Virus record (IMG/VR): IMGVR_UViG_3300027608_000013
Reading direction: 5' to 3' (one strand)
DNA length: 64,000 nucleotides
Source: a virus
The stretch's first letter is position 1; the number at the start of each line of letters is the position of its first letter. The notes beneath the pieces were generated by a model that saw nothing but the letters and a program-made list of their open reading frames with translations, did no database searches and was not told the origin of the DNA. This document shows positions 25,930-36,321 of this stretch, piece after piece. Both the position numbers and the translations under genes were made by a program.

Positions 25930-26958
25930 ATGATTCGCTACGGTTATGCATGTAATAATATGCAACTATCTACGTCTGGTATTCGTACCGGTCGTACAAT
26001 GATTGAACGCAAATTTAAAATTGGCGGTATGCAATTAGCTTCTGACATTGCACTTGCAAATGCAAAAGATTTTTTAACTATACTTAAATGGAACGAGCAA
26101 AATGGCATTCGCCTATTCCGTTTAGGTTCAGAATTGTTTCCACGATGGAATCATTATGAGTTGCATGACCTTCCTAGTATTGCTGAAATTACTCAACATC
26201 TTCGTGCCGCAGGTGATTTTGCTAAGCAACATGGTCATCGCATTACAACGCATCCTGGTCCGTTTCATATCTTAGGTAGTCCTGATGCTGTAGTTGTTGA
26301 TAACTCAATTGTTAGTTTAGAGCGTCACTCTCAATTGTTTGATCTTATGGGGTTCGCTCCTAGCTTTGAAAACAAGATCAATATTCATGTTGGTGCCACT
26401 TACAATGATAAGCCTGGTACTATTGCTAGGTGGTTGCATAACTATAATCGTTTATCGGAATCTTGCCGTGCACGTTTAGTTATAGAAAATGATGACAAGG
26501 CTTCAATGTATTCCGTACGAGAATTATATGAGTTTTTACATGTTCCGACTGCAATTCCAATTACATTTGACTATTGGCATCATACTTTCAATACAGGTGA
26601 CTTATCCGAACGCGAAGCCTTCTTTTTAGCACGCGAGACATGGGATCGACATAATGTAACCCAATGTACCCACTATTCAGAGTCCCGTCGTAGAGAGTCC
26701 CAAATCTTAATAGAACGTATGTTTGCACATCACAATATTGCAATGGAGGATTTAGCTAAATGGCCTACCTTTCAAAAACAATACAAAGAGTTTACCAAGA
26801 TTCGAGAACAAGCCCATGCAGATTATATTACGCGGTTACCTAATACATATGGAGTAGATGCATTAGATGTTATGGTAGAAGCAAAGGCTAAGGAACAATC
26901 ATTGTTGCAATTAGGCGTTACATGTTGTCAAGAAAATACAGCATTAATTACGGAATAA
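25930..26958 (+). CDS. uvsE: UV damage endonuclease (UvsE/UVDE family)
   Basis: GYAC, IRLFRLGSELFP, RITTHPGPF, INIHVG, LVIENDDK, FDYWHH, HYSES, AHADY, MVEAKAKE. Confidence 0.93.
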   Translation: MIRYGYACNNMQLSTSGIRTGRTMIERKFKIGGMQLASDIALANAKDFLTILKWNEQNGIRLFRLGSELFPRWNHYELHDLPSIAEITQHLRAAGDFAKQHGHRITTHPGPFHILGSPDAVVVDNSIVSLERHSQLFDLMGFAPSFENKINIHVGATYNDKPGTIARWLHNYNRLSESCRARLVIENDDKASMYSVRELYEFLHVPTAIPITFDYWHHTFNTGDLSEREAFFLARETWDRHNVTQCTHYSESRRRESQILIERMFAHHNIAMEDLAKWPTFQKQYKEFTKIREQAHADYITRLPNTYGVDALDVMVEAKAKEQSLLQLGVTCCQENTALITE

Positions 26959-27002
26959 CATATTTATATATAGTATTAATAATAATAAAAAAAAAGGTTA
27001 CA

Positions 27003-27182
27003 ATGGCACATTACCGTTACAAAAACAAAGTTACTGATGAATTAGAAGCTACACGTGAAATTATACGTTTATTAGGTAGAATGATTGGGGAAGGAAAAAT
27101 TGACAAAGATTCAACTCTAGACAATTTAGCTCGTGCATTAAAAAAAATAGATTCAGCAATATATTACGTTGAACGAGAATAA
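27003..27182 (+). CDS. small hypothetical protein
   Basis: ORF track 26922..27182; likely start MAHYR at 27003. Confidence 0.7.
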   Translation: MAHYRYKNKVTDELEATREIIRLLGRMIGEGKIDKDSTLDNLARALKKIDSAIYYVERE

Positions 27183-27183
27183 T

Positions 27184-27345
27184 ATGAAAGTTACAAAAAG
27201 TTATGTGCCGAAAGGCTTCAAAAGATTGCAATGTAAATATTGCGAAACTATATGTAATAGGGTAGATGACAAAGCAACTGCTATAACATGCTCAACATGT
27301 ACATCCAAGCTAGTAAATGGTTATGTCTTGGAACTACGCAAATAA
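27184..27345 (+). CDS. 53-aa zinc-ribbon protein
   Basis: Read by hand; CKYC...CSTC. Confidence 0.65.
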   Translation: MKVTKSYVPKGFKRLQCKYCETICNRVDDKATAITCSTCTSKLVNGYVLELRK

Positions 27346-27369
27346 TTACATATATTAAATAAAAAAGTT

Positions 27370-28140
27370 ATGATTGAAGCAGAAAAAATAAAATCCAATT
27401 GGGAACGCTACCGGGCACTAGTTAATGATTCATTTCCTACCCGTAAAGATGCATTAAACCAAATGTATGATGCATTAGAAGACCGTATGGTATTTATGCC
27501 AGCATCATCCATGGAACATTTTCACAATGCATTTGCCGGAGGATATGTTGATCACGTACTTCGAGTAATGGATTGTGCAGTAACATTGCATGATACTTGG
27601 ACCACAATGGGTGCTGATATGTCAGGATATATCCAAGAAGAATTATTGTTTGCAGCAATGCATCATGATTTAGGTAAGGCAGGTTTTCCCGGGGAAGGCA
27701 ATGAAGTATATCAAATTGAAACTTCAGATTGGCATCGTAAAAATCAAGGTAAACTTTACAAGACAAATTCAAATATTCCGTTCACAATGGTACCAGATCT
27801 TTCAATTTGGTTGTTACAGGAATATGAAGTGAAAATGTCTTGGACAGAATACCAAGCAATTAAAATACATGATGGGTTATATGATGAAGCAAATAAACCG
27901 TATTTTATTGCTCGCTCAGCACAAGCCAGATTGAAAACAAATTTACCTATTATTTTGCATCACGCAGATCATATGGCATCTACTATTGAATTTGAGCGTT
28001 GGAGAAACGGAAAAACTTCTTCTCCAGCACCAGTTGCAGATAAAAGCAAAACACAAAAAAGTAACGGATTAAAAAACTTAGCAGAAAATAATCCAGCAGT
28101 TCAAGAATCATTAAATGAAATTTTTAAAGCATTCCAATAA
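27370..28140 (+). CDS. HD-domain phosphohydrolase (YhaM-like motifs)
   Basis: HNAFAGGYVDHV, MHHDLGK, IHDG, HHAD. Confidence 0.85.
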   Translation: MIEAEKIKSNWERYRALVNDSFPTRKDALNQMYDALEDRMVFMPASSMEHFHNAFAGGYVDHVLRVMDCAVTLHDTWTTMGADMSGYIQEELLFAAMHHDLGKAGFPGEGNEVYQIETSDWHRKNQGKLYKTNSNIPFTMVPDLSIWLLQEYEVKMSWTEYQAIKIHDGLYDEANKPYFIARSAQARLKTNLPIILHHADHMASTIEFERWRNGKTSSPAPVADKSKTQKSNGLKNLAENNPAVQESLNEIFKAFQ

Positions 28141-28442
28141 TGACAATATTTTTATCGATAACAAGCATTGCATTTGCAATTGCTTTTGGATACTTTGCTC
28201 GTAGAGCATATGTATTAGCAGGATTATTAGCAGATAGTGATGATCATCATGAATCCGTTGAAATGACAAATATGTACATGTATGCTAAAATATATGAATC
28301 CTATACTAAAATGCAAGAAATTGACCGCATTGGTGCATTTGAACAAGATGATGAAGCCGGAACAACGTTTTCATTGTTAAAAGAAGTAATTGATAATCTT
28401 AAAATGGAATTTGATGGCGAAGCGAGCGAAGAAAAAAAGTAA
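28140..28442 (+). CDS. membrane-anchored hypothetical protein
   Basis: N-terminal TM; GAFEQDDEAG. Confidence 0.7.
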   Translation: MTIFLSITSIAFAIAFGYFARRAYVLAGLLADSDDHHESVEMTNMYMYAKIYESYTKMQEIDRIGAFEQDDEAGTTFSLLKEVIDNLKMEFDGEASEEKK

Positions 28443-29115
28443 TAATTACTTTACCAAAATAACCGAAATTGCGATTTTGGCTTATAATAAATCAGATAGT
28501 ATGGTAAAACGAGAAAAAGTATATCGTCGTTTTATTTATCCTGCATTTATGAAACTTGCTGAAAATCTAATTAATAAAATGAAACCAGGTTACATTGACT
28601 CAACGTTTTATGATTTACAAACAGACTTAGTTACATTCTTAACAGCTCGATTAGATAAATTTAGACCTGAAGCCGGCAAGGCATATTCATATTATACACG
28701 AACTTCATTTAATTATCTAATTGCAGAAAATCAAAAAGCGTACGCTAAACTTAAACAAAATACGCAAACTTTAGATGTTGATGAACAACGCAATATCATG
28801 ACAGAAATTCACAATGATGAAATGCGAGAAACATTGCGTTACTTTATGAATGCATATGTTGAGTATTGTTATGAAAATTTGAATTCAATATTTTCTAACA
28901 CCGTGGATATACATGTTGCAGATTCAATTCTTCATATTTTTGAAACTCGAGAAAACATAGAAGAATTCAATAAAAAGGCATTGTACATTTTTATACGTGA
29001 GCGAACCGGCTTAGAAACTACGAATATTACACGTGTTATTAAGACACTTAAACAAATTTACGAAATCAAATTTAAAGAATACGAACAAACAGACTTCATA
29101 AACTTGCCGTTTTGA
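28414..29115 (+). CDS. T4 gp55-like late-transcription sigma factor
   Basis: NYFTK..E.AI..YN, KLAENLI, KF.PE.GKAYSYYTR..FNYLI resemble gp55/sigma region 2; start MAKRA at 28414. Confidence 0.65.
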   Translation: MAKRAKKKSNNYFTKITEIAILAYNKSDSMVKREKVYRRFIYPAFMKLAENLINKMKPGYIDSTFYDLQTDLVTFLTARLDKFRPEAGKAYSYYTRTSFNYLIAENQKAYAKLKQNTQTLDVDEQRNIMTEIHNDEMRETLRYFMNAYVEYCYENLNSIFSNTVDIHVADSILHIFETRENIEEFNKKALYIFIRERTGLETTNITRVIKTLKQIYEIKFKEYEQTDFINLPF

Positions 29116-29142
29116 TATTTATATTTATATAAATGTCTCATT

Positions 29143-29580
29143 ATGGATAAAAACGAAGAACTATTTAAAGGTACATCTTTTGCAGATTTGATGTCTGATG
29201 TATATCATAACAGCAAAAAAAAAGACCGACAAATTACACAATTAATAGCACAGTTGCAACCGTTGATTCGGAATGCATCTGATGCTACAATCATAGTACC
29301 ACTAATTAAAGAATACTTAGACGTTGCAGTTAAGAATGACGATCACCTCGTAAAATTAACTGCAATCGTTCAACGTTATATTTCAACTCAACAAACTATT
29401 GCTGGAGGTGATTCCCTTTTAAGTGATGAAGAAAAAATGCAATTACTTAGAATTGCGGAATCTACATTGGAAACTGAATTGATTGATGAAATTGAGGATT
29501 TGCAAAAATTAGATCAACAAGATCGCGTTATGCAATCTAAAATAGATCAAGCAAAACAAAAATTAGGATCTAATGAGTAA
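29143..29580 (+). CDS. helical hypothetical protein
   Basis: ORF track; late motif upstream. Confidence 0.75.
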   Translation: MDKNEELFKGTSFADLMSDVYHNSKKKDRQITQLIAQLQPLIRNASDATIIVPLIKEYLDVAVKNDDHLVKLTAIVQRYISTQQTIAGGDSLLSDEEKMQLLRIAESTLETELIDEIEDLQKLDQQDRVMQSKIDQAKQKLGSNE

Positions 29581-30640
29581 TCAATATGATAATCCGATAT
29601 CATTTTACATTGCTGAAGTACTTTCTGTAGCAAATTCAGAAACATACACAACCAAGTTGCAACGGGAAGCAAAAACAGATGACCCGGTACAATTGCATCA
29701 TATATATGAAATAAATTGTAAAAATATATCACCAGATCCATATTCTCCTACGTTCAATAATGTAAAACCAGCGGATATCAATACAAAAAAAATTCCCGTT
29801 GTTGGAGAACAAGTTTTAATTTTTCAAGGATATAGAGAAGATTCTAATTTAGCCAATACCGACCAGAGTAACGGATTGCAACCGGCTTGGTATTATTTAA
29901 CTACTATAGCAATTACACAGAATATCAATTCTAATATATTAACGGGTTTAAGCAAATCCGGATTGACTAATTCTAAACCAGGTGATACATTTAAAGACAA
30001 ATCAATATCAATTTTACAAGCATATGAAGGCGATTTAATTACAGAAGGGCGTTGGGGAAATAGTATTCGATTTGGTAGTTCGATTGATACTAAATCTGCG
30101 GTAGTAGATGCATTACCAAATTATTTAGGTGAATCGGGTGCACCTATTATATTGTTATCAAATCGCAACTCATATAATACTAAATTTGTAACGGAAGATG
30201 TAGAACAAGATGCATCATCATTATATTTAACTAGCACGCAACGCATAAATAATTTAACTACATCTAATCCAGTTGCATCTAATATTGCAGTATCTAAATT
30301 TAATACATCACAATTAATAGGCGTTGCAGATAGAGTCATATTAAAATCAAAAACAGATTCCATTATTCTAGATGGTAAAAATGCTGTTGAAATAAATGCA
30401 CCTACAGTATATATAGGTTCTGCAGATCGTTCTGATAAAGAAGGTATGCTTCATTCAACAGCTGTAGTTAGTTTGCTTCAAAAAATAGTTTCTATGATAA
30501 AAATTGGTTTTGCAGATTCTAGTGGTGTTGTATGTACTCCTCTGTATGATGCATTAACTGATGCAGAAACTTTATTTGAACAATTAACTAATGATAATAT
30601 ATTGTTAGATAAATATCAAAAAAATAATTACAATACATAA
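29573..30640 (+). CDS. baseplate hub/spike (gp5/gpV-like) protein
   Basis: PVVGEQVLI OB-fold motif; GDLITEGRWGNSIRFGS; position before gp25/gp6. Confidence 0.55.
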   Translation: MSNQYDNPISFYIAEVLSVANSETYTTKLQREAKTDDPVQLHHIYEINCKNISPDPYSPTFNNVKPADINTKKIPVVGEQVLIFQGYREDSNLANTDQSNGLQPAWYYLTTIAITQNINSNILTGLSKSGLTNSKPGDTFKDKSISILQAYEGDLITEGRWGNSIRFGSSIDTKSAVVDALPNYLGESGAPIILLSNRNSYNTKFVTEDVEQDASSLYLTSTQRINNLTTSNPVASNIAVSKFNTSQLIGVADRVILKSKTDSIILDGKNAVEINAPTVYIGSADRSDKEGMLHSTAVVSLLQKIVSMIKIGFADSSGVVCTPLYDALTDAETLFEQLTNDNILLDKYQKNNYNT

Positions 30641-31446
30641 TGGCAATAGGAACAACAATACCGGTAAATTTGATCAAGCAATTGATACCTGTACTAATGA
30701 AACAGGTAGACACGTTATCTACTGAAGCAGAAAAATTTATCAATCAAATATTGCAATTGCCGTCTGATATTAGTTGTTCAGATCCTAGAGTTCAAGATGC
30801 TAAACGTAAATTGCAATCACTGTATGATTTAATTGATACAATCAAACAAGGACTTAATACTATTAATACCATTGTACCTATAATAGGTACAGTTGCAATT
30901 GTAGCACAAGTATTAAAAATTGTACAATTAGCAATTCCATCAGTTCCCGGTGTACCTGCAGGCCCAATTACGGTATTGATTAATACATTTGACAGTTTAA
31001 GTAAAAATGCTAAATCATCAGTTTCTTCCTTGCAAGGAATGGTATCAGCAATCAACATACAATTTGCAAGAATCAATCAATCATTAGCAAAGGCTATTTC
31101 TAAATTATCTGCAATTTGTAATACCGAAACGTTTTTAGTGTCAGCTGATATTAACAATGCATTACAGAATTTAGATTACACGGAAACAGTTCCTACTCAA
31201 TTTTATACAGACTTAAATGTGTCTGATGAAGACATTACACAACGCTTAAAATTAATTGAAGAACTAGCAACAGACCAATTAAACATATTAACAAATTTAA
31301 AAGAAGCTCCTAGTAAAGTTATATCAGGAGTCGATACGCCTACTAATGATATTGGTGATATTGACGATTATTATGTTGATACTGACAGTCAATTGATATA
31401 TGGTCCTAAAACTAGTAACGGATGGGGCAGCGGCATAAATATCTAA
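30640..31446 (+). CDS. putative virion protein
   Basis: Helical/hydrophobic N-part; C-terminal GDIDDYYVD..LIYGPKT..GW fibre-type motif. Confidence 0.6.
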   Translation: MAIGTTIPVNLIKQLIPVLMKQVDTLSTEAEKFINQILQLPSDISCSDPRVQDAKRKLQSLYDLIDTIKQGLNTINTIVPIIGTVAIVAQVLKIVQLAIPSVPGVPAGPITVLINTFDSLSKNAKSSVSSLQGMVSAINIQFARINQSLAKAISKLSAICNTETFLVSADINNALQNLDYTETVPTQFYTDLNVSDEDITQRLKLIEELATDQLNILTNLKEAPSKVISGVDTPTNDIGDIDDYYVDTDSQLIYGPKTSNGWGSGINI

Positions 31447-31487
31447 TCAAATTTACATTCATTCATATTTATTAATAAAGTTATCAT

Positions 31488-31973
31488 ATGGATTCAAAAA
31501 CATTAATTAAAGCACTAAAAATAGCCGTACGTGATGTTATTAAAGAAGAATTAACTGAAATACTTCGCGAAGGGTTACAATCTACTATCAATGAGATAAA
31601 AGCTACGCCTACAGTACCAGTTAGTCGCGTTGCAGGTAAACCGGTGTCAACACCCCCGGTGCAAAACAAAGTTCAATTCCAAAAAACAGGATTTGCTGAT
31701 ATTTTAAATAGTACCACATCATTAAAAGATGCATCTCCGTCAATTTCAAGTTTTTCGGAATTAATGAATGAAAATTATCAAGATTTATCATTTACTTCTA
31801 AAGATGCACAAGGTTTTGGAATGCTTAGAACGGGACAACAACCTGCTACACAACAAGTAATGAATGATCCTGAAACGGGGCAAATGTTTGAGGTTGATCC
31901 AGCAGTTCAAAAAGCAATGACGCGCGATTATTCAGCATTAATGAAAGCAATAGATAAAAAGAAAGGTAGATAA
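31488..31973 (+). CDS. hypothetical protein (...ALTRDYSALMK-type C-terminus)
   Basis: ORF track. Confidence 0.75.
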   Translation: MDSKTLIKALKIAVRDVIKEELTEILREGLQSTINEIKATPTVPVSRVAGKPVSTPPVQNKVQFQKTGFADILNSTTSLKDASPSISSFSELMNENYQDLSFTSKDAQGFGMLRTGQQPATQQVMNDPETGQMFEVDPAVQKAMTRDYSALMKAIDKKKGR

Positions 31974-32419
31974 TGTCATATGTATTCGTACCTCCTAGTA
32001 ATATAAATACAAATACCGATGTTCCATATGGTATAAGTTTATCATTTGCTGATAATGGTGTATTTAGATCAGTTGGACGTAATGATGAACAATCGCTTGA
32101 AAATTTTAAAAATTTATTACTAACATTTCCGGGTGAACGTACTGGCGATTGGATTACTTTTGGATGTAATTTAAAATCATTGCTATTCAGTCAAAATACA
32201 GATGAAATTAAATCTGATATACAAGATACTATCTTAGATGCTACATCACAATGGTTACCTTATATTAACATAATTACATTGGATATTATAACTGCAGCCG
32301 ATGAACCTAATCTAGATAATGCAATTAACGTACGTATTACATTTACTGTAGGAGCTGGATTCCGGGAACAAACTATACAAATTAATGCAACTGAATCAGG
32401 TGTAATTACAATCGAATAA
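31973..32419 (+). CDS. baseplate wedge protein, T4 gp25-like
   Basis: NLLLTFPGER...FGCNLKSLLF...WLPYI. Confidence 0.85.
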   Translation: MSYVFVPPSNINTNTDVPYGISLSFADNGVFRSVGRNDEQSLENFKNLLLTFPGERTGDWITFGCNLKSLLFSQNTDEIKSDIQDTILDATSQWLPYINIITLDIITAADEPNLDNAINVRITFTVGAGFREQTIQINATESGVITIE

Positions 32420-32423
32420 AATT

Positions 32424-34307
32424 ATGGAAACAAAAAAAGATATATCATACATTGGAAAAGATTTTGGACAATTCAAGAAAAACTTGATTGATTTTACAAA
32501 ACAATATTTTCCGAATACTTATACTGATTTTAGTGATGCATCTCCGGGCATGTTATTTGTAGAATTAGCATCATATGTAGGGGACGTTTTAAGTTTTTAT
32601 GCAGACAGCAACTTACGAGAATCATTTTTAGATCAAGCCGTTGAACAAGCAAATATATATGATTTAGCAAAAGCATTAGGTTATAAAGCAAAAACGGCTG
32701 CACCAGCATATGTTACTTTGGATATATTTCAAGTTGTACCAGCAATTGGATCTGGCGCATCTGTTATCCCGGATTATAATTATGCATTATCAATACTACC
32801 AGGTATGCGTGTTAAACCAACATCTGGCAATTCATCTATATTCCGAACATTGGATTCAATTAATTTTAACTATTCATCGTCATATGATACTACGGAAGTA
32901 ACAATATATGATGTTGATCCTGCTACTAAAACACCTACATATTTTCTTTTAAAGAAAAAAATAAAAGCTGTTTCCGGAGAAATAAAAACACAAACATTTA
33001 GTTTTGGATCTCCTTTACCATATGATAAAGTTTTATTAAATGATACAAATATAATAGAAATTGTATCAGTTACAGAAACGGATGGTGATGGTTGGAATGA
33101 AGTTCCATATTTAGCACAAGATACTATTTTTGAATCTGTTCCTAATTTAATTGAGAATGATCCAGATTTAGCACAATATCGTTCCGGTGCACCTAGTTTA
33201 TTAAAACTTAAGAAAACAGCTAAACGATTTGTAACTAAATTAAGAAGTGATAACCGAATGGAATTACAATTCGGTGCTGGTATTTCTGATAATAATGATG
33301 AAGAAATTATTCCAAATCCAGATAATGTAGGAAATGGATTATCCGGAGTTCGTAGAACAGTTGATATTGATATTGATCCTGCTAATTTTTTATATACTAG
33401 AACTTATGGCCAAGCTCCTTCAAATACAACATTAACTATTACATATGTAGTGTCAAATGGCATTACTGAAAATGTTTCTGCTAATACATTAACTTCAATT
33501 GATAGGATTGCATATAATGATGATATCAATTCATCAAATAGTGGCGCTATGGTTAATTTTGTAAAAACAACAGTAGCTGTAACAAATCCAGATCCAGCAA
33601 CAGGAGCTAAATCTGCAGAAAGTTTAACAGATATTAAAAATAATGCAATGGCTGCATTTGCTACACAGAATCGTTTAGTAACTCGCGAAGATTATATTAT
33701 ACGTACATATTCAATGCCATCAAATTTTGGAAGTGTTGCAAAAGCATATATTGTACCTGATGATCAAATATCACAGCAAGATGCAACTACTAATAGAATT
33801 GCAAATCCACTAGCAATGAACATGTACATTTTAGGTTTCAATGAATCTAAAAAATTGATTGCATGCAATCAAGCAATCAAAGAAAATTTAAAAACATATT
33901 TAGGTTATTATCGCATATTAACGGATGCTGTAAATATTAAAGATGCATTTATTATTAATATAGGTATCGATTTTGAAATAACAACTCTTCCTAATTATAA
34001 TTCAAATGAAACATTGTTAAAATGTACATCAGCAATACAAGAATTATTTAATATAGATAAATGGCAAATCAATCAACCAATAATCAAATCAGATATTCTT
34101 ACGACGTTAGCTAATATAAAAGGCGTACAAAATGTAATTGGAGTTAAATTCCTTAATCTATATGATAACGATTTTGGATATTCAGGAAATGTTTATGATT
34201 TAACTACTGCTACACGTAATGGCGTAATTTATCCATCGTTAGATCCAAGTATTTTTGAATTAAAATTTCCTAATCAAGATATTCGCGGAAGAGTAGTAAG
34301 TTATTAG
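32424..34307 (+). CDS. baseplate wedge protein, T4 gp6/BaseplateJ-like
   Basis: KDF...YTDF...GMLFVELASYVGDVLSFY; LQFG.G; QNRLVTREDY. Confidence 0.85.
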   Translation: METKKDISYIGKDFGQFKKNLIDFTKQYFPNTYTDFSDASPGMLFVELASYVGDVLSFYADSNLRESFLDQAVEQANIYDLAKALGYKAKTAAPAYVTLDIFQVVPAIGSGASVIPDYNYALSILPGMRVKPTSGNSSIFRTLDSINFNYSSSYDTTEVTIYDVDPATKTPTYFLLKKKIKAVSGEIKTQTFSFGSPLPYDKVLLNDTNIIEIVSVTETDGDGWNEVPYLAQDTIFESVPNLIENDPDLAQYRSGAPSLLKLKKTAKRFVTKLRSDNRMELQFGAGISDNNDEEIIPNPDNVGNGLSGVRRTVDIDIDPANFLYTRTYGQAPSNTTLTITYVVSNGITENVSANTLTSIDRIAYNDDINSSNSGAMVNFVKTTVAVTNPDPATGAKSAESLTDIKNNAMAAFATQNRLVTREDYIIRTYSMPSNFGSVAKAYIVPDDQISQQDATTNRIANPLAMNMYILGFNESKKLIACNQAIKENLKTYLGYYRILTDAVNIKDAFIINIGIDFEITTLPNYNSNETLLKCTSAIQELFNIDKWQINQPIIKSDILTTLANIKGVQNVIGVKFLNLYDNDFGYSGNVYDLTTATRNGVIYPSLDPSIFELKFPNQDIRGRVVSY

Positions 34308-34336
34308 TATTTGAATATTTATACTAAAAGTATATT

Positions 34337-35470
34337 ATGTTTAGAATATTTTATCCCGAATCTGATGCTACTGTTTATGAAGGTTTAGAAACTACTAATA
34401 CTGGATTAGATGAAATATTAGAAATTGGTAAACGAATCGGAACCGACGGAAGTAACTGGCAAAAATCTAGAGCATTAGTTAAATTTGATATGACTGAAAT
34501 TACTAATGTAGTTTCTAAGTATAGTACTAATATAAATTCATGTAAATTTGTATTGCAATTATATACAAGTTATGCAAAGAATCTTCCTGCTCAATATACA
34601 ATTGATGCACAAATGACTGGGCAACCATGGACTAATGGCACGGGATATTTATCATCAAATCCAATTATTTCAAATGGTGTTCAATGGGCAACTCCATATG
34701 CATCTTGGTCATTAGATTCACAATCAGGAACATTATGGATTTCTAGTTCTCAACAAATTGATTTAGGCACGTCGGGTATACGAGTTTCAGGTTCAGGTGC
34801 TGGAGGTAGTTGGTTGTATAGTACCGGTAGCACATCTTTTTCTAGTTCACAAGCATTTTCATATCAAACGACAGATTTATCCATGGATGTTTCTAGTTTA
34901 ATTTTAAAATGGGTTAGTGGCAGCAACAGTCAATCGATTGCTAATAATGGATTCTTACTTAAATTTTCAAATGCTGGAGAAGCAGATGATGCTGTTACTG
35001 GATTCATACAATTCTTTAGCAAAGAAACTCATACAATATATGTTCCTAAACTAACAATGTATTGGGATGACACAGCATATTCATCATCATTATCGGCGGC
35101 GGATTTAGAATCATATACCGTATTTACAAAATTGAAACCAGAATATAAAGATACTGAAATAATTAAATTACGGATTTATACACGCGATAAATATCCACAG
35201 AAATCACCAACAAATTTATTTCCAACACAGACAGTTAAACGGTTACCTGCTACTACATATTATACAATCTTAGATGCAGCTACAGATGAGACCATAATTC
35301 CCTACGATGATATTTATACTAAAGTAAGTTGCGATAATACTAGTAATTATATCTACATTGATATGAATGGATTTATGCCAGAACGATACTATCGTTTACA
35401 AATCAAAATTGAAGATGGATTTACGGAACAGTATGTCGACGACGATGTATATTTTAAAGTAGTTAGATAA
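34337..35470 (+). CDS. virion structural protein (DNRLRE-like)
   Basis: DATVY...RALVKFD...NNGFLLK...FFSKET..PKL. Confidence 0.6.
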   Translation: MFRIFYPESDATVYEGLETTNTGLDEILEIGKRIGTDGSNWQKSRALVKFDMTEITNVVSKYSTNINSCKFVLQLYTSYAKNLPAQYTIDAQMTGQPWTNGTGYLSSNPIISNGVQWATPYASWSLDSQSGTLWISSSQQIDLGTSGIRVSGSGAGGSWLYSTGSTSFSSSQAFSYQTTDLSMDVSSLILKWVSGSNSQSIANNGFLLKFSNAGEADDAVTGFIQFFSKETHTIYVPKLTMYWDDTAYSSSLSAADLESYTVFTKLKPEYKDTEIIKLRIYTRDKYPQKSPTNLFPTQTVKRLPATTYYTILDAATDETIIPYDDIYTKVSCDNTSNYIYIDMNGFMPERYYRLQIKIEDGFTEQYVDDDVYFKVVR

Positions 35471-36321
35471 TGTTAATACCAAAAATAAACATAGGTAAAT
35501 TATTAGATCCGGTAAAAGTTCAGCAGGTAATAAAATACCAAGGTAATTTAACTGTAACCTCAAATGATACCAATGTTATACCTAGAGATGCTGCGGGTAA
35601 TGTGCAACTACAAGAAGACAGTGAATCAAATCCATTGCTTATTATAGAACCAGTTGCAACAAAAATTACATTAAACTCAGTTCTTAAAGTTTTAGATACT
35701 AGATTTCAATATTTTAAATTTCCTGCTACAACGCGAGTTATTGAAACGGATGAAGTTAATTTAGATTTGTCTTTACCGGATTTTGAAATTACACAAGATC
35801 CAATTTATGCACGATATAAACCATCGGAAGATAGAAGAATTAATACTGGTAATTACTCTGGAATATTAATGGATGAAGTTGTTGATGGATTACCTCAGCA
35901 GAACGCTAATGGTTATTTTATAACTAAAGATATTAAAAATTCCGGAGAGGATCTTCGTTTTAGACTTAAAGTAAATCATAAGTATCAAGCAGATATTAAA
36001 GGATATGGAACGGCTTATTTTTCATTAATATTAAATTCTCCAGATCGAGGATTAATTCGAGAATGGAAAGGACCATTTGCTAATAATTCAATTTCAAACC
36101 CAACGGCTTTTGGATCAATATATCAATATGAAATACAAAACTTAAATTTAGATATAACAATTCCTAATGAAGAATTTGAAATTGGCGATATTTTAGGTAT
36201 AGGTGCGTTTGCTGGACAGAATGTTGATGAAGCATATCATTTTATTATTGCTGATGAAACTTATTGGATAATAACAGATGCTAGTAAAAATGTAGATGAA
36301 TGGAACCAAGAGATTAGCTAA
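35470..36321 (+). CDS. putative virion structural protein
   Basis: ORF track; structural operon. Confidence 0.65.
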   Translation: MLIPKINIGKLLDPVKVQQVIKYQGNLTVTSNDTNVIPRDAAGNVQLQEDSESNPLLIIEPVATKITLNSVLKVLDTRFQYFKFPATTRVIETDEVNLDLSLPDFEITQDPIYARYKPSEDRRINTGNYSGILMDEVVDGLPQQNANGYFITKDIKNSGEDLRFRLKVNHKYQADIKGYGTAYFSLILNSPDRGLIREWKGPFANNSISNPTAFGSIYQYEIQNLNLDITIPNEEFEIGDILGIGAFAGQNVDEAYHFIIADETYWIITDASKNVDEWNQEIS